Source: Prorocentrum cordatum (Eukaryota). Taken from it: a stretch of 64,000 nucleotides of DNA. The notes below the pieces were generated by a model. The model was given only the letters and a program-made list of their open reading frames with translations, was not told the origin of the DNA and searched no databases. Below, in pieces: positions 37,926 to 49,979 of the stretch (position 1 is the stretch's first letter; each line of letters starts with the position of its first letter). The DNA is taken from assembly GCA_963575745.1 (NCBI GenBank), contig CAUYUJ010000328.1, forward strand, positions 1-64,000, given 5' to 3'. A program made the translations under genes and the position numbers.

Positions 37926-40129
37926 AAGAACTCCGTCTGGCTCTTTGTGAAAAAAAAATTGTGAAAAAAAAACTCCGTCTTGAGTGTCTCCATGCGCTGG
38001 CTCTCTGGGCCCGCGCCATGCCAGGAGGTGCGGGGACCCCCCCCCCCCCCGGGGTCTCCGAGAGCGCGGCGGCCACGGGCGGGCCGCGCCCGCCGAGGGC
38101 GCGCGCCCCGCCGAGGGCCGCAGAGAGGCGGGGTCGACGTCGAGGAGGGCGGACTCGTGCCGGGCGAAAGCTGGTCGAGCCGGGGCCGACCGCCCCGGCA
38201 TTCCCATAGTTAGTCCTACCACGAGAAGTGCTCAGAACCCACAAGTGTGATCCAAGAACCAAATCGATGTGCTCGGGTCCCTGGGGGCCAGGCCGCCGAG
38301 CGGAGGGCACGGGCCTGCCAGCGCCCTCTGGCTCGTCTCCCCGCGCGAGCCGGGCCTCTCCCCTGGAGAGGGGGGGGGGCGCGCCGCGCCTGCACGGCAG
38401 GGGGGGCCCCTTTTGCCACCACCGCCACCCTGTGTAGGAGGAGGAGGAGGAGGAGGAGGAGGAGGAGGCAGGAGGAGAAGAAGGAGGAGGGAGGAGGGGG
38501 AAGAGGAGGAGGAGAGGAGGAGAGGAGGAGGAGGAGGAGGAGGAGGAGGAGGAGGAGGAGGAGGAGGAGGAGGAGGGAGGAGGAGGAGGAGGAGGAGGAG
38601 GAGGGAGGAGGAGGAGGACCCTCCTCAACCTCCCTTCTCCCCCGTCCCACATATGGTAGTCGCGGTGAACAATTTGCCCATCACGCGACAGAGCAGTTGT
38701 CCTGGTGCCCTCTCGGGCTTGCCCTTCCCTGTGAGGCCTTCTCGTGCGTGCGAGCCGTCGCAGCCTGGCCCACGCGCGGCTATGCTCCGGAGGGCGCCAC
38801 GGTGTCCAGCTCACCCTGAGTTCTCGTGCGCGCCGGCTGCTCTCGTCGAGGGGGCTCTGGAAGTGGGCGCAAGGCGCAAGGCTGCGACCGCCGTCATGTT
38901 TCACCGCCGATGTTCCGCGCAAGCCGGGGGACCAGCGCGACGCCAGTGCCTATGGTTATCCGTGCCCCGCGGGAGGCGTTCCGGGTCTCGTCGGAGCCAT
39001 CCCACGCAGGGCGCCTCCTGTCAACCCGTCCGCTCTTGTCACTCGACAAGAAGGCGATGACGATCCGCTGCGAATGTTTCAGTGAACCGAAGCATCCTGG
39101 AAATCTGGAGAAAGTCCTATGTGTTTGAATGCTCGTGCTAATTTTCAGGTACGCCCCAGACGAGCGACATCAGGGCATGTAGTTCCGAGAAGTATGGCCT
39201 GTCCTTGTGACGTGATGGTGAATTTGCAGATCGTGCTCGTAATTGGTTTTACTCGCCTACATCTCTGGGGGTTAGACACCGCGCGAATCCAGATAGGGAA
39301 CACATGTGTGTGCTTGTACAAGGGATCGTCGTGAGATGACGCGCCAATGAGGCCAAGGGGCGACGAGCGAGCGACGGTGGATGATGAGATTAGTTTCTGA
39401 GGAGGTCGGGGCTCTGAGGGGTTGATAGGACCGGGAGGGTGGGGGGTAGTGTCTTGTTCCGCTCCTGCTCTCGGCCATTTCGCTTTCCACTTACGCTGTC
39501 GCCGCGGATGCCGCTTCGACGGAACGCGCACGCGGCGCACCGTGCAATGATGCCCGTGTTCATCGTAAGCAGAAGCTCGTGCTGCCAGCGGGTATGCCAG
39601 CACTCGTGCAGCCACGTGCAGTGGAATCCGTGCGTCTGCATCTCACCTCCACTGGCTCTACAAGCACTATTGCGCATGCGATTCAGACGAAATCATGTGG
39701 AGAGGAATCGGTTCACTAGCAGCCTTCCTGAATTGAGTGAGGGCGAGCTCATCGTTGGCTTTGCAGCGCAGGTGGATGGTGCCATGAGGGCGCAGCAGCT
39801 TCCTCCGAACTCGGTGCGCTTGCAGTGCAGCATCGATGGTACAGCGGGGACACGTGTAGCACTGAAGCAGCAGCACGGTAGCTTGATCGACCTTGGCGCG
39901 TATGGCAGTGGGGAATATCTAAACCATGTTTCGATGTTGTGAAAGGCCAGGGGGGCAGAGCAAGTTAGGGGCGGCAATGGTTGGGTAAGAATAAGCACAC
40001 ACACACACACACGCACAGTTGCAGCAGCACCGATTTCTAGCATTGCAATCGGTAGCGTAAGCTGTTTGGAAAGTGGCGGCCAGGCATGTGGTTCGTCGTT
40101 AACGCTTGTCTTGTGGTATTCATGGCAGC

Positions 40130-40415
40130 AGTGGTTATTTCAGACACAAGCCAGGCGAAGACGTGGGGCAAGACGTCGGAAACGTATGGTTTGAATAAGA
40201 AGGCTGGCGGGAAGGGGCAGCCGGAGTGGGGCATGAAAACGCGGAGGATGGTCACCCTTCACGTGCCGTGCTTCTTGCGTCAAGGCCCACTTGCTTCACT
40301 CAGCAGCGTTCGCCTCATCCGTTGGCCTGTGAAGTTCGATGTGTCGTGCACTGCGTCGTTGGACCCTCTTCTTGGCATCTTCTGGTCCGGACACACGGTT
40401 GCATGTCCTTGGTCC
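40130..40415 (-). pseudogene. Possible decayed LINE AP-endonuclease fragment
   Basis: One frame reads RRGSNDAVH...RRTLLS...*RVTILRVFMPHSGCP, resembling APE GVAIxVH...R...xxSVYMPHSG; two in-frame TGA stops. Confidence 0.4.
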
Positions 40416-41327
40416 TCGGGCTACCCCTGGGGGGGTCCCAGGGCCGTGGGCGAGGGTATGGGCACTGCCTCTTGGGCGATCTTCGGGCTCTTCTGGGGGC
40501 CCGGTGCCGCCTTGGGGGTCGAGAGGCGCGGGGAGACAGCGATCCCGAGAGAGCGGGCGGCCTCCGCGTGCCTCACCAGGCATGTGCCACTGCTCGCAAA
40601 GTGCCTCCCCGCAAGCGTCCGAGAACCGCATGCCTGCCTCCGATGCGATGGATCGTAGATCCGCCGCGGCGGAGCCAGGCCATCTGCGAGTGTATATATA
40701 TATATATATAGATCCTTTGCGAGTCGTGGCACGCGCTTGTCTGGTGTAGGCGGTCTGCAGCTTCCCTTTCCCCCCCTCGCGCCGCCCCCGGCGGCGCGGC
40801 CGCGCGTCGCGCGCCGCCGCGGGGGGGGGGGAGGGGGCGGCCGGCGCGCCGACGCCGAGGAGCCACCCCCGCAGATGTCTCCGACAGGCTGCGCCGGGCC
40901 CCGTGCGCCTCTCGGGGGCCTCGGGTCCCCAGCCGCGCTCGCGCGGAGGGAGCTGCCCCCTGCGGCTCCTCCTGCCTCCTCCTCCTCCTGCTCCTCCTCC
41001 TGCTCCTCCTCCTCCTCCTCCTCCTGCTCCTCCTCATCCTGCTCCTCCTCCTCCTCCTGCTCCTCCTCCTCCTCCTCGTCCTCCTCCTCCTCCTCTTCCT
41101 CCCTCCTCCTTCTCTCCTCCTCCTCCTCCTCCTCCTCCTCCTCCTCCTCCTCCTCCTCCTCCTCCTCGGGGGCAGCGGTATAGGCGCGGCATCGCCGGGG
41201 CGTGTGCCCTGTTTTGGCCTCCGCGGGGACCACGGGGGCGCATCTTGGGCCAGCGTGCGAAGAAGAAGCGCACGACACCGACCAACTGTACGCGGGGGAT
41301 GGACCGCCGAGCGGTGGCAAGGTTGGT

Positions 41328-41557
41328 CAAGCAGTGGCGAAGCGTCCTGGCTCGCCTGTAGCCCTACCAAAGAATGTCCTAAGAACCCTCTGTGGTTTCC
41401 ACTAAATGTTCTTGGAACATCTCTGGCGGAGTCTGTCTTGTTTCAACACATCATGTTCTAAGAATATGGCTTTTGTTCTTATATGACATTTGTTGGGTTC
41501 TAAGAACATTTCATTGTAGGACTATAGGAAAGCCGGGACGGTCAGTCCCTGCTCAAG
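41328..41557 (+). mobile_element. Family D copy
   Basis: Alignable end to end with 35324-35556. Confidence 0.85.
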
Positions 41558-41877
41558 TTGGGGGGGGCATCTGAGCCGTGCGTCCGAGGGACGCATCGCT
41601 CAGATGGACGTCCGAAGGATGGACGTCCGAATGATGGACGCCCGAGGTACAGTCGGCCCGGAGTAGCAGGTCGACCCTGCCAAATCAAGGGTACCAGTGT
41701 GTCCCGCGCCTCGCGACCCATGCCTCCTGCATTAGGCATTCCTATGGCAAGGTGGCCCTCGGAAGGGCCGCCTTGTGTCCTCTCGCGTGCCCTGTCCAAT
41801 CAGGGCCGACGGTAGGGGGTGGGCGTGCGAGCGATGCGTCAACCCCCCCTGAGCCTGAGGCTCAGGGGGGGTTGGAT

Positions 41878-42104
41878 CAAGCAGTGGCGAAGCGTCCTGG
41901 CTCGCCTATAGCCCTACCAAAGAATGTCCTATGAACCTTTTGCGGTTCCCACGAAATGTTCTTAGAACATTTCTGGCTAGGACTGTCTTGTTTTAACACA
42001 TCGGGTCTATGTTCTAAGAACATTGTTCTTAGAATATTTTTGGGTTATAAGAACATTTCGTGGTATGACCATAGGAATGCCGGGGCGGTCGGTCCCTGCT
42101 CAAG
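41878..42104 (+). mobile_element. Family D copy
   Basis: Alignable end to end with 41328-41557. Confidence 0.85.
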
Positions 42105-43328
42105 TGGACGCATCGACCCGAGAAAAGAGCATCGCCCACGGGTCGCCGGTGGGGGCCCGCTATAGAGCCCACCTACCGCCCAGGGGCGTGCGGTTTTGCG
42201 AGGGCCCCGCGCCGATCTGTCGGCGATGCATCGTCGATTCCAGGCCGGAGTCTCCCCCCTGTGTCAGTTTCCCCCTATCCCAGACCCCCTCGAGCAATGA
42301 AAAATTCACGACGGGAGGTTTCTCCTGATTTTCGGCCTCTGGGGGCCCTCCCAGGGCCTCGGGGTTGTCAAAAAACCACTCAGGATGCGAAAGCCGGTCA
42401 TGGGGAACGGGTCGGGACCTCTCCGGGGTCGGTGCAGTGAGAAACTCATTACGTCGGGGGTCTGGCATCGTTGCCCCTCGCTGGCCACCTGGCAGTCCCC
42501 CTATAGGGGTCCCTGGTGCCGCCCCCCGGGCGGCAGCAGCCCAGCGCCCTCCTGTGGCGTCCAGGACGGGGAGGGCGAGGTCGGGCCCGCCCTCCTCCTC
42601 CTCCTCCTCCTCCTCCTCCTCTCCTCCTCCTCCTCCTCCTCCTCCTCCTCCCTCCTCCTCCCCTCCCCTCCCCCTCCTCCTCCTCCTCCTCCTCCTCCTC
42701 CTCCTCCTCCTCCTCCTCCTCCTCCTCCTCCTCCTCCTCCTCCTCCTCCTCCTCCTCCTCCTCCTCCTCCTCCTCCGCGCCCCCTGCGAACTGTGAAGCC
42801 CGGGCTCAGAGGTGCTCTGGATGTCCTCGCGCCGTGGAGGAAGCCAATCGCGAAGGAAGGCCTCGGATCATTTTCGGCATCCGGGGGCCTTAAGGACTTG
42901 GCCCTGCGGACCGTAACAGAAACGACTCGGGATGGAAAGCCGGTCCCCGGGGAGGGGTCTGGATCTCCAGGGAGCCTGCCAGCACGGTCCGGCCCATGGG
43001 GTTCCGCCCACTGGTTGCGCCATGGGTGGTCCAGGTCCTTCGGGGCCGCCAAGGAAGCGTAGAGTGCTGTCCATGGGGTCGTGGGGCCCGGCCTACACAG
43101 GGTCCCACCCGTGGGGTCCTGCGAAGGGGTCGCGCCATGGGTGGCGCTGGTTTGTCGCTGCGGTCAGAAGGTCCCGCCTGCATGGGGGTCCCGCCCATGT
43201 GGTGCGCTATGGAAAACGCTGGTTCCTTGTGGCGGCCAGCCCATGGGCCTCGCGCATTGCTGTGCTTGGTTTTTGTTTCGCCTTCGGCGCTGATTGCCCT
43301 TGCAGTGTGCAGTGCTTGTCCTTCGATT

Positions 43329-43525
43329 GGCGGCGAGCCCAGGGGGGTAGTGAGAAGGAGAAGGCCTTCTCAGAAGGCTCGGAAGACCCCTGGCCTTCTG
43401 AGAAGCTCTCTACGTAAGCCTTCCCCGAAAGCACAGAAGGCTTCTCAGAAGGCGCGAGGGCCTCTGAGAAGCCTTCTGAGAAGGCCTTCTCCTCCGCACT
43501 TCCCCACCCCCCCTCGCTCGCCGCC
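43329..43525. mobile_element. MITE family F copy
   Basis: TIR ggcggcgag...gtgagaaggagaaggccttctcag with its inverse at the right end. Confidence 0.8.
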
Positions 43526-43749
43526 GGCTCTGTCCCTTTGCATTGCCACGCATCGGCTTCCATTGCTCTCTACTTGTCCTGGGATGTTCGGCCTCGCTCC
43601 GCCTCGTCTTTTGCCTTGCTTTTCGTCGTCACGCCCTGCGTGGTGTGATTCGTTGCGCGGCTCTGCGTGGCGTTGCGTGGCGTTGCGTGGCGCAGGTGGC
43701 ACGAACTTGCTGGCTGGGAATGCTAGGAGCTCGCCGGAAGTTTCGTGCT

Positions 43750-43799
43750 CCCTCCTCCTCCCTCCTCCTCCTCCTCCTCCTCCCTCCTCCTCCTCCTCC

Positions 43800-43830
<31 letters not shown>

Positions 43831-44375
43831 CTCCTCCTCCTCCTCCTCCTCCTTCCTCCCTCCTCCTCCTCCTCCTCCTCCTCCTCCTCCTCCTCCTCCT
43901 CCTCCTCCTCCTCCTCCTCCTCCTCCCCTCCTCCTCCTCCTCCCCCTCCTCCTCCTCCTCCTCCTCCTCCTCCTCCTCCTCCTCCTCCTCCTCCTCCTCC
44001 TCCTCCTGTTCCTCCTCCCTCCTCCTCCTCCCTCCTCCTCCTCCTCTCTCCTCCTCCTCCTCCTCCTCCTCCTCCTCCTCCTCCCTCCCTCCTCCTGTTC
44101 CTCCTCCCTCTCTCCCTCCTACTCCTCTCCTCCTCCTCCTCCTCCTCCTCTCCTCCTGTCCTCCTGTTTCCTCCTCCTCCTCCTCTTCCTCCTCCTCCTC
44201 CTCCTCCTCCTCCTCCTCCTCCCACTCTTCTCCTCCCTCCTCCTCACTCCTCCTCCTCCTTCCTCCTCCTCCTCCCCTCTCCTCCTCCTCCTCCTCCCTC
44301 CTCCTCTCCTTCCTCCTCCTCCTCCTCCTTCTCCTCCTTCTCCTCCTCCTTTTCCTCCTCCTCCTCCTCCTCCTT
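43750..44375. repeat. (CCT)n microsatellite
   Basis: Direct reading. Confidence 0.95.
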
Positions 44376-44875
44376 GGTCATCCCTCCTCATGGGGTTCCT
44401 GAGCAGCTTTATTTCGTGCTGCGTGTCTTGCCAAGCGTGTCGGATGGGTTGGTCACGCCCCAGGGCAGTCTTCACTTCGTGCTGCGCGTTCTGCCTCGAC
44501 TGCAACGGCTTGTGCGATCATGTCATGTTGGATTCGGATGCGCAGACTGCTGCGGCGCGGCCGCTGCGGCGCGGCTGCTGCGGCGCGGTGTGCTCATGGT
44601 GCGCACCAGTTTCGCCGCCGTTGTCGTGGGTTGGTCGATCGGATCTGTTTGTCCGCGTTCGGCCGCCCACTTCCATGCGAACGGACACGTGCGGAATCAC
44701 AGCGACGCAGTCGGGTCAGGCCGGCTTTTGTGTCGCACGCTGCCGCGAGCAGCCGCGCCTAACCAGGCAGCCGCACACGTCTGATGCACGCCTTGTCGCG
44801 CGCTCGCGGGCAGCATGGGCATGGAGAGCAGAGTCGGTGTTTGGTGGTTCTGTCTGGTAATCGTTGCCGCGCGGC

Positions 44876-45148
44876 CTTGGGAGGACGAGATGGCCAAGAA
44901 CACGACGACAACCCATACCGACAGCTGGTTGACATACCAGAAGGCCTCGACGGGAGGGGCTTCGAGGCTCATGCCTTGGAGGGTGACCTTGCCAAACCTG
45001 TCAGTCGTCCCCGTGGTTTCAGCGTCCCCGCCTCCCAGTATTTTGGCGATGACGTTCCACGACCTCTTCGAACAGTTGCAAGTGTGTTGTTGTATCGGGT
45101 TGGGTTGGCTGAAGGCCCCGTTGCAACCACCAGCATGCCGAAAATGAC
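44876..45148 (-). CDS. Candidate internal exon (273 nt, phase 1/1) of an unknown membrane protein
   Basis: cag|G acceptor, AAG|GC donor; open frame HFRHAGGCNG...WNVIAKILGGGD...EAFWYVNQLSVWVVVVFLAISSSQ; GC3-biased with a hydrophobic end. Confidence 0.45.
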
Positions 45149-45547
45149 CTGGCCAATTGTGACGGACGCGTTCTCTGCGGAAGTCCGTAGACGCGCTAGC
45201 GGTGTGTTAGCTAACGGCGAAGTGGGAAAACCAATTGTAGGAAGGCGTTGTTCGTGGCCAAACGAATTGTAAGAACACGTGGTTCGCGTTTTCCTACAAC
45301 TCGCTGTGCCGTTTTCGTTCGATATATTCGCATACCTGAAATGTAGGAAACGGTGTTTCGTGAATCCCTACATTATGTTTTGCGTGAGCTCGGTGTCGCA
45401 AAACAATATTCCAAACCGCGCCGTTAATCAAGCACGCCGTCAGCGCGGCCTTGGGAAGTGGAGGGGAGACGTAATGGAACTCTATGTTTGCCCCCCTCCT
45501 CGCGCACAGACGGGCGGCTTGAGCACCTGTACGCTCCTTGCTTAGTC

Positions 45548-45746
45548 TCGGCGGCGAGTGAGGGGGGGAAGTGAGAAGGAGAAGGCCTTCTCAGGAGGCT
45601 CGGAAGTCCCCCAGCCTTCTGAGAAGTATGCTGAGCCTTCCCCGAAGACACAGAAACCTTTCAGAAGGCCGGAGGCCGTCTGAGAAGCCCCGCCGCCATC
45701 TGAGAAGGCCTTCTCCTTCGCAGTTCCCCCCCTCGCTCGCCGCCGA
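45548..45746. mobile_element. MITE family F copy (~47-bp TIR)
   Basis: tcggcggcgagtgagggggggaagtgagaaggagaaggccttctcag versus the right end ctgagaaggccttctccttcgcagttccccccctcgctcgccgccga. Confidence 0.88.
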
Positions 45747-46125
45747 TACAGTCGGGGCTTTGAATAAGGAGCCCTTTTCGTTAGGGAGGGGCTCCCTGTT
45801 CTTTAATCGTTTCACAGCTTGCCGCAGGTTTTCCTTATGTTTTCGATGGGAAGTCGAAGTTTAACTTGTGGAAAAATGGGGCATCGTTCCGTATTTAGGG
45901 TTCCTTAGGTCAACGCCCCGACTGTAGTCCGGTCCTCGCCCTTCTGTCCCCAAAGATCGTTTGGCTGCCGGGGGGAGGCGGACGCCGACATGTACACGAC
46001 GACGCCGCTCCGCCGGTCGTAGAGGGAGCGGCTCGTGCCGCGGGTGCGGGAGCGGGGCGTGCCGAGGAGCTGGGCTGGTCGTGGGAGCGCGCATCGGGGC
46101 GATCGAAATTCCGAGGCGGGAAGTT

Positions 46126-46206
46126 ATCCAGATCCACCGCCTGGATGGTCAGTTTTCGGAGCCTCGGCAGGCGGTGGATATGGACATATCCGGGCCCCCG
46201 GGGGCC

Positions 46207-46241
<35 letters not shown>

Positions 46242-46321
46242 GATCCATATCCATATCCATATCCATATCCACCGCCCGCTGGGGCACCAGGGCGTCGGTT
46301 CCCAGGCGGTGGATATGGATA
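46126..46321. mobile_element. Double-hairpin foldback element around (TA)n
   Basis: atccaccgcc/ggcggtggat inverted pairs at 46132-46180 and 46266-46315 flank a TA microsatellite. Confidence 0.65.
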
Positions 46322-46912
46322 AATCCCCGCCTCGCAGAAATGGGTACGGAAAGTGTGGGTACAATGCCCAACAGCATGTCCTGTTGATTTTGAGCAGGGC
46401 TCGCTGTCCGCGCCGCCGCGGACGTTGTCCACTTGAGACGGGAGGCCGCCCGCCCAACAGCGGCCGCTGTCGGCGTTGGGACAACAGTTGTTGTTGTGCA
46501 TCGTAGCCAGTGCTTCCGCACCCGTTTCGGCCGTCCAGAGCGCAAGGGTAGTGCACTCGCCCAGTATACTGCGGCACTGGATCTCAAGAGTTGAGCTTCG
46601 CAGCTCCTCGTCGTGAGCTCGCGGCCCTGGGTCGTGCCGCCGAGGGCTCAGAGAACCTCGCGCCTGCGCGTGCAATTCGAGGTGACGCTGCCGGCAGGCG
46701 CCGAAGGAAGAGGACGCGGGGAGCAGCAGGGGGCAGGGGCACGAGCACACGCAGAAGGCCACGGTGCACCGCCACGCCCGGCCAGGGCCAGGGAAGGTCT
46801 GCTCTGCAGGAGGGCGTGCATGGCCCTCCTGGCCTCGGCGAGGAGGGCGCTCGCGCCAGCCTGGGGACCGCGAGGGCTCTGGCCAGGCAGGGTGGTGGTG
46901 GTGGTGTGTATA

Positions 46913-47142
46913 GAGGAACAAAAAGTGACATAAACATAAACATAAAACATAAACAAAAAGTGACGTAAACATAAAAAGTCGGCGGTCCGCGCGGATTTCT
47001 CGGATCGGCGCTGGGGCCCCCCGGCGGCGCCTCCGGCGCCGCCCCTGGCGCGCGGAGCGCGCCAGGGAGGGGGATCCAGCGCCGATCCGAGAAATCCGCG
47101 CGGACCTCCGAGTTTTTATGTTTATGTCGTTTTTCGTTCCCC
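46913..47142. mobile_element. MITE family B copy flanked by TA on both sides
   Basis: TA|gaggaacaaaaagtgacataaac...gtttatgtcgtttttcgttcccc|TA; core near-identical to 35118-35314. Confidence 0.9.
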
Positions 47143-48069
47143 TAGTGTAGACGATCTCTGCGTCTTTAGGTGTAGCGGGCTCCGCGCCATGTGGAACTAC
47201 ATCGAAGCCTGGGTGCCTCAGAAGCAGGGTCCCGGTGCGAGGCAGCGTCGCAGCGGTGTCGCTGCAAGCCAAATCGAAGCAGCAGACGGAAGAAGCGAGC
47301 GGCTACGAAGCATGATGGAACCGGGGGAGGAGGAGGAGGAGGAGGAGGAGGAGGAGGAGGAGGAGGAGGAGGAGGAGGAGGAGGAGGAGGAGGAGAAGCA
47401 GGGGGAGGAGGAGGAGGGGAGGAGGAGGAGGAGGAGGAGGAGGAGGAGCCCTCGCTTCTATCCCAATCTCCTGGCACATAGTCTTTTACACCATGGCTGC
47501 GCTGTGAAGGGCGTGTCCGCCACTGCTCTGGACAGGGTCAATAGCCGGCTGGGCCGAGTGCGCCTCGACGAGTGAGTGGTAAGCGGGGCGTTTGCTGATC
47601 CCATTGGTGGAGCCGCTCTCTGTGCTGCCCTGGTGCGGCAATCATATCGTGACGCCGCTTGCATCTGCTCCGTCATCTCTCGGACAGCAGGAACTGCAGA
47701 TCCTCTCTCTCAGGCTTCTCGCTTCCGCGCGCTTCTGAACATCGCCCCCCTTCCCCCCCCCCCGCCGTACCATTTCACACTTCGCGCTCTCAATTGCAGC
47801 GCATTCCCCACAGCAGCCTTCCCTCCGCTGCGCTGCGCCTGCACGGCGAAGGGCGATGAAAGCGTTCTGCCCCCCGGGCGACAAGACCGTTGTCGACAAG
47901 TTCCGCAGGGTGCCGACCCAGAGAGAGAGAGAGAGCATAGAGAGATAGAGAGAGATAGATAGAGAGAGAGAGAGAGAGCATGTAGGAAACCAGCAGGGGC
48001 AGGAGGAGACAGAGACAGGGGCGAGGCCCAAGCCAGAGAAACGCTCAGACCAGAGATGGCATGCTCGTC

Positions 48070-48295
48070 CTGCTGAAGAGTGCCTGCTCGAATGCAGCTC
48101 CTGGGAAGCTGAATCAGCTCTTGGCCCTACAGTCAACCCGAATAGTGAGGACGGGCAACCTTCCCAAGGGTACCCTGGCATCCTGGCCTCCTCGGTCCAT
48201 CCTTGGTCACTTTCGTTGGCCGCGCTCCGCTCGAATAGCTTCGAAATGGGCGTCCAAGGCTCTTGCATCCTTATCGCGCATCCTTATACTGTAGT
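48070..48295 (-). repeat. Second copy of the 9845-10075 dispersed repeat
   Basis: Alignable by eye over ~200 bp. Confidence 0.8.
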
Positions 48296-49003
48296 GTTTA
48301 TGCAGCCTGCACAGTCCGGCTTAATCTAACCTGCTCCAGCTGAACTTGGCCTAATGTTGTTCAACACCCGGCAAAACAGCCTTTTTGACCAGCTGCCTCA
48401 GTGGCCGGGCAGGGCCTTCGTAGCCAGCCGACGTGGACACCGTTCTGGCACCGCACTGCCACTCCGGGAACCAGGGCTGACATCGTGTCTTGTGATCCGC
48501 GCAGCAGGTCGCTACGCAGCCCGCCGCTCGCGCTGGTGCCCGGACGCACCGGTGCCCCATGCGTGACGGGGCCCCGGTTGTCGCAGGTGGCAGCTCTCGC
48601 ACGCGTGGGTGCCCTTGGGGCTGGCGCTCTGGGCGCTGGTGCCCCTGGGTGTCTGGACCTGGCCGTCGCGGTCGGCTGCTCCCTCGGCGGTGCTCTGCGT
48701 CGGAGAACTGTTCGATTGGCGGCGCCTCGGGCCCGAGCTGCGGTCATGCTACGCTGGGGCACATGCCCGGGGGCGGCAAAGAGGGGGGGGGGATGATTAG
48801 GGGGGAGGGGTTGTCATGGCGTGGGCCATGATATTTCCCCAGGTTTCGCGGCGACCCTTCTTATTTCATTACGTCCCTTGCCCCCCGTTGGGCCGCGCAC
48901 ACGCCTCCGCGCCTCCGGCCATGCACCCCCTCCCCCCTCTTGGGCGCTCCCCTCTTGGCCCCCTGACATGCGGAGCGAATTGCGGCACACAGGGAAGGGG
49001 CAA

Positions 49004-49168
49004 ACATTAAGTCGGGCTTGTCCCTCTACAGGGGGAATCTTCAAAAATAGTACAAACATAGTCTGGAGACTGTTCTTGGAACATTTCTAGTTTATTTTGG
49101 GGACATTTTTCCGGTCTTCTCAATCTTTCGCCCAAAATCTGCCTGTAGGGGGACATGCCCGACATAAG
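49004..49168. mobile_element. MITE family A copy
   Basis: aagtcgggcttgtccctctacagg ... cctgtagggggacatgcccgacat. Confidence 0.8.
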
Positions 49169-49221
49169 GCAAGCACGGCACGCGGGGAGGTCAAGCAGTG
49201 GCGAACGGCACGCGGGGAGGT

Positions 49222-49449
49222 CAAGCAGTGGCGAAGCTTCCTGGCGTGCCTATGGCCCTACCAAACAATGTTCTAAGAACCTTTTGGGGCTCCCACGAAA
49301 TATTCTTAAAACACTTCTGGCTGGGATTGTCTTGACACATCGGATTTAGGTTCTAAGAACATTGTTTTTGTTCCTAGAACATTGTTGGGCTCAAAGACCA
49401 TTTCGTGGTAGGACAATCGGAATGCCGGGACGGTCGGGCCCTGCTCAAG
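49222..49449 (+). mobile_element. Family D copy with a 30-bp duplication at its left junction
   Basis: acggcacgcggggaggtcaagcagtggcga occurs twice (49175-49234). Confidence 0.85.
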
Positions 49450-49645
49450 GAGTGGGGCAGGCAGGAGGCACAGCAGCACGCGCCGGCCGCGCGCGGCCGG
49501 CCGGTCCCGGGGGGGGGGGGGGGGCCACGGGGCGTGCAGCGACATTCGGAGGGGGGCGTGCCGGCTCGTCGTTGCAGCGGGTGGTGCTGCCGGTAGATCG
49601 CCACGCCCGGGCGCGAGTGGCTCGTGCGAAGGTCTGGGCCTCCTA

Positions 49646-49791
49646 GATTCAAGTCGGGCCTTTCCCTCTACAGGGGGAATCTTCCAAAATAGGTCAGGGG
49701 GCGATGTTTTGAGGATTATTTGACCATTTGGGGGTATGTTTGGGATATCTGTAATTTTTCCCCCTGTAGGGGGACAGGCCCGACTTAATCC
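49646..49791. mobile_element. MITE family A copy flanked by TA on both sides
   Basis: ~33-bp TIR; TA at 49644-49645 and 49792-49793. Confidence 0.88.
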
Positions 49792-49824
49792 TAGATGGGG
49801 TCCGATCAGACGGGGTCAGAGGGA

Positions 49825-49979
49825 GGATCGCGCCGCATCGCCGATGCATCGGCGATGCGGCTCGATGCGGAGTCCGATTTCCTCCACGCCGACGTCGCCT
49901 GTGCCTCGCCGACGTCGCCGGTGCATCGCCACTGCATCGGCGATGCATCGCCGATGCATTGGCGATGCGGCGCGATCCT
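49825..49979. repeat. Palindrome-built foldback element (ATCGCCGATGC units)
   Basis: ~35-bp TIR aggatcgcgccgcatcgcc.atgcatcggcgatgc; perfect 30-bp palindrome at 49832-49861. Confidence 0.8.
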
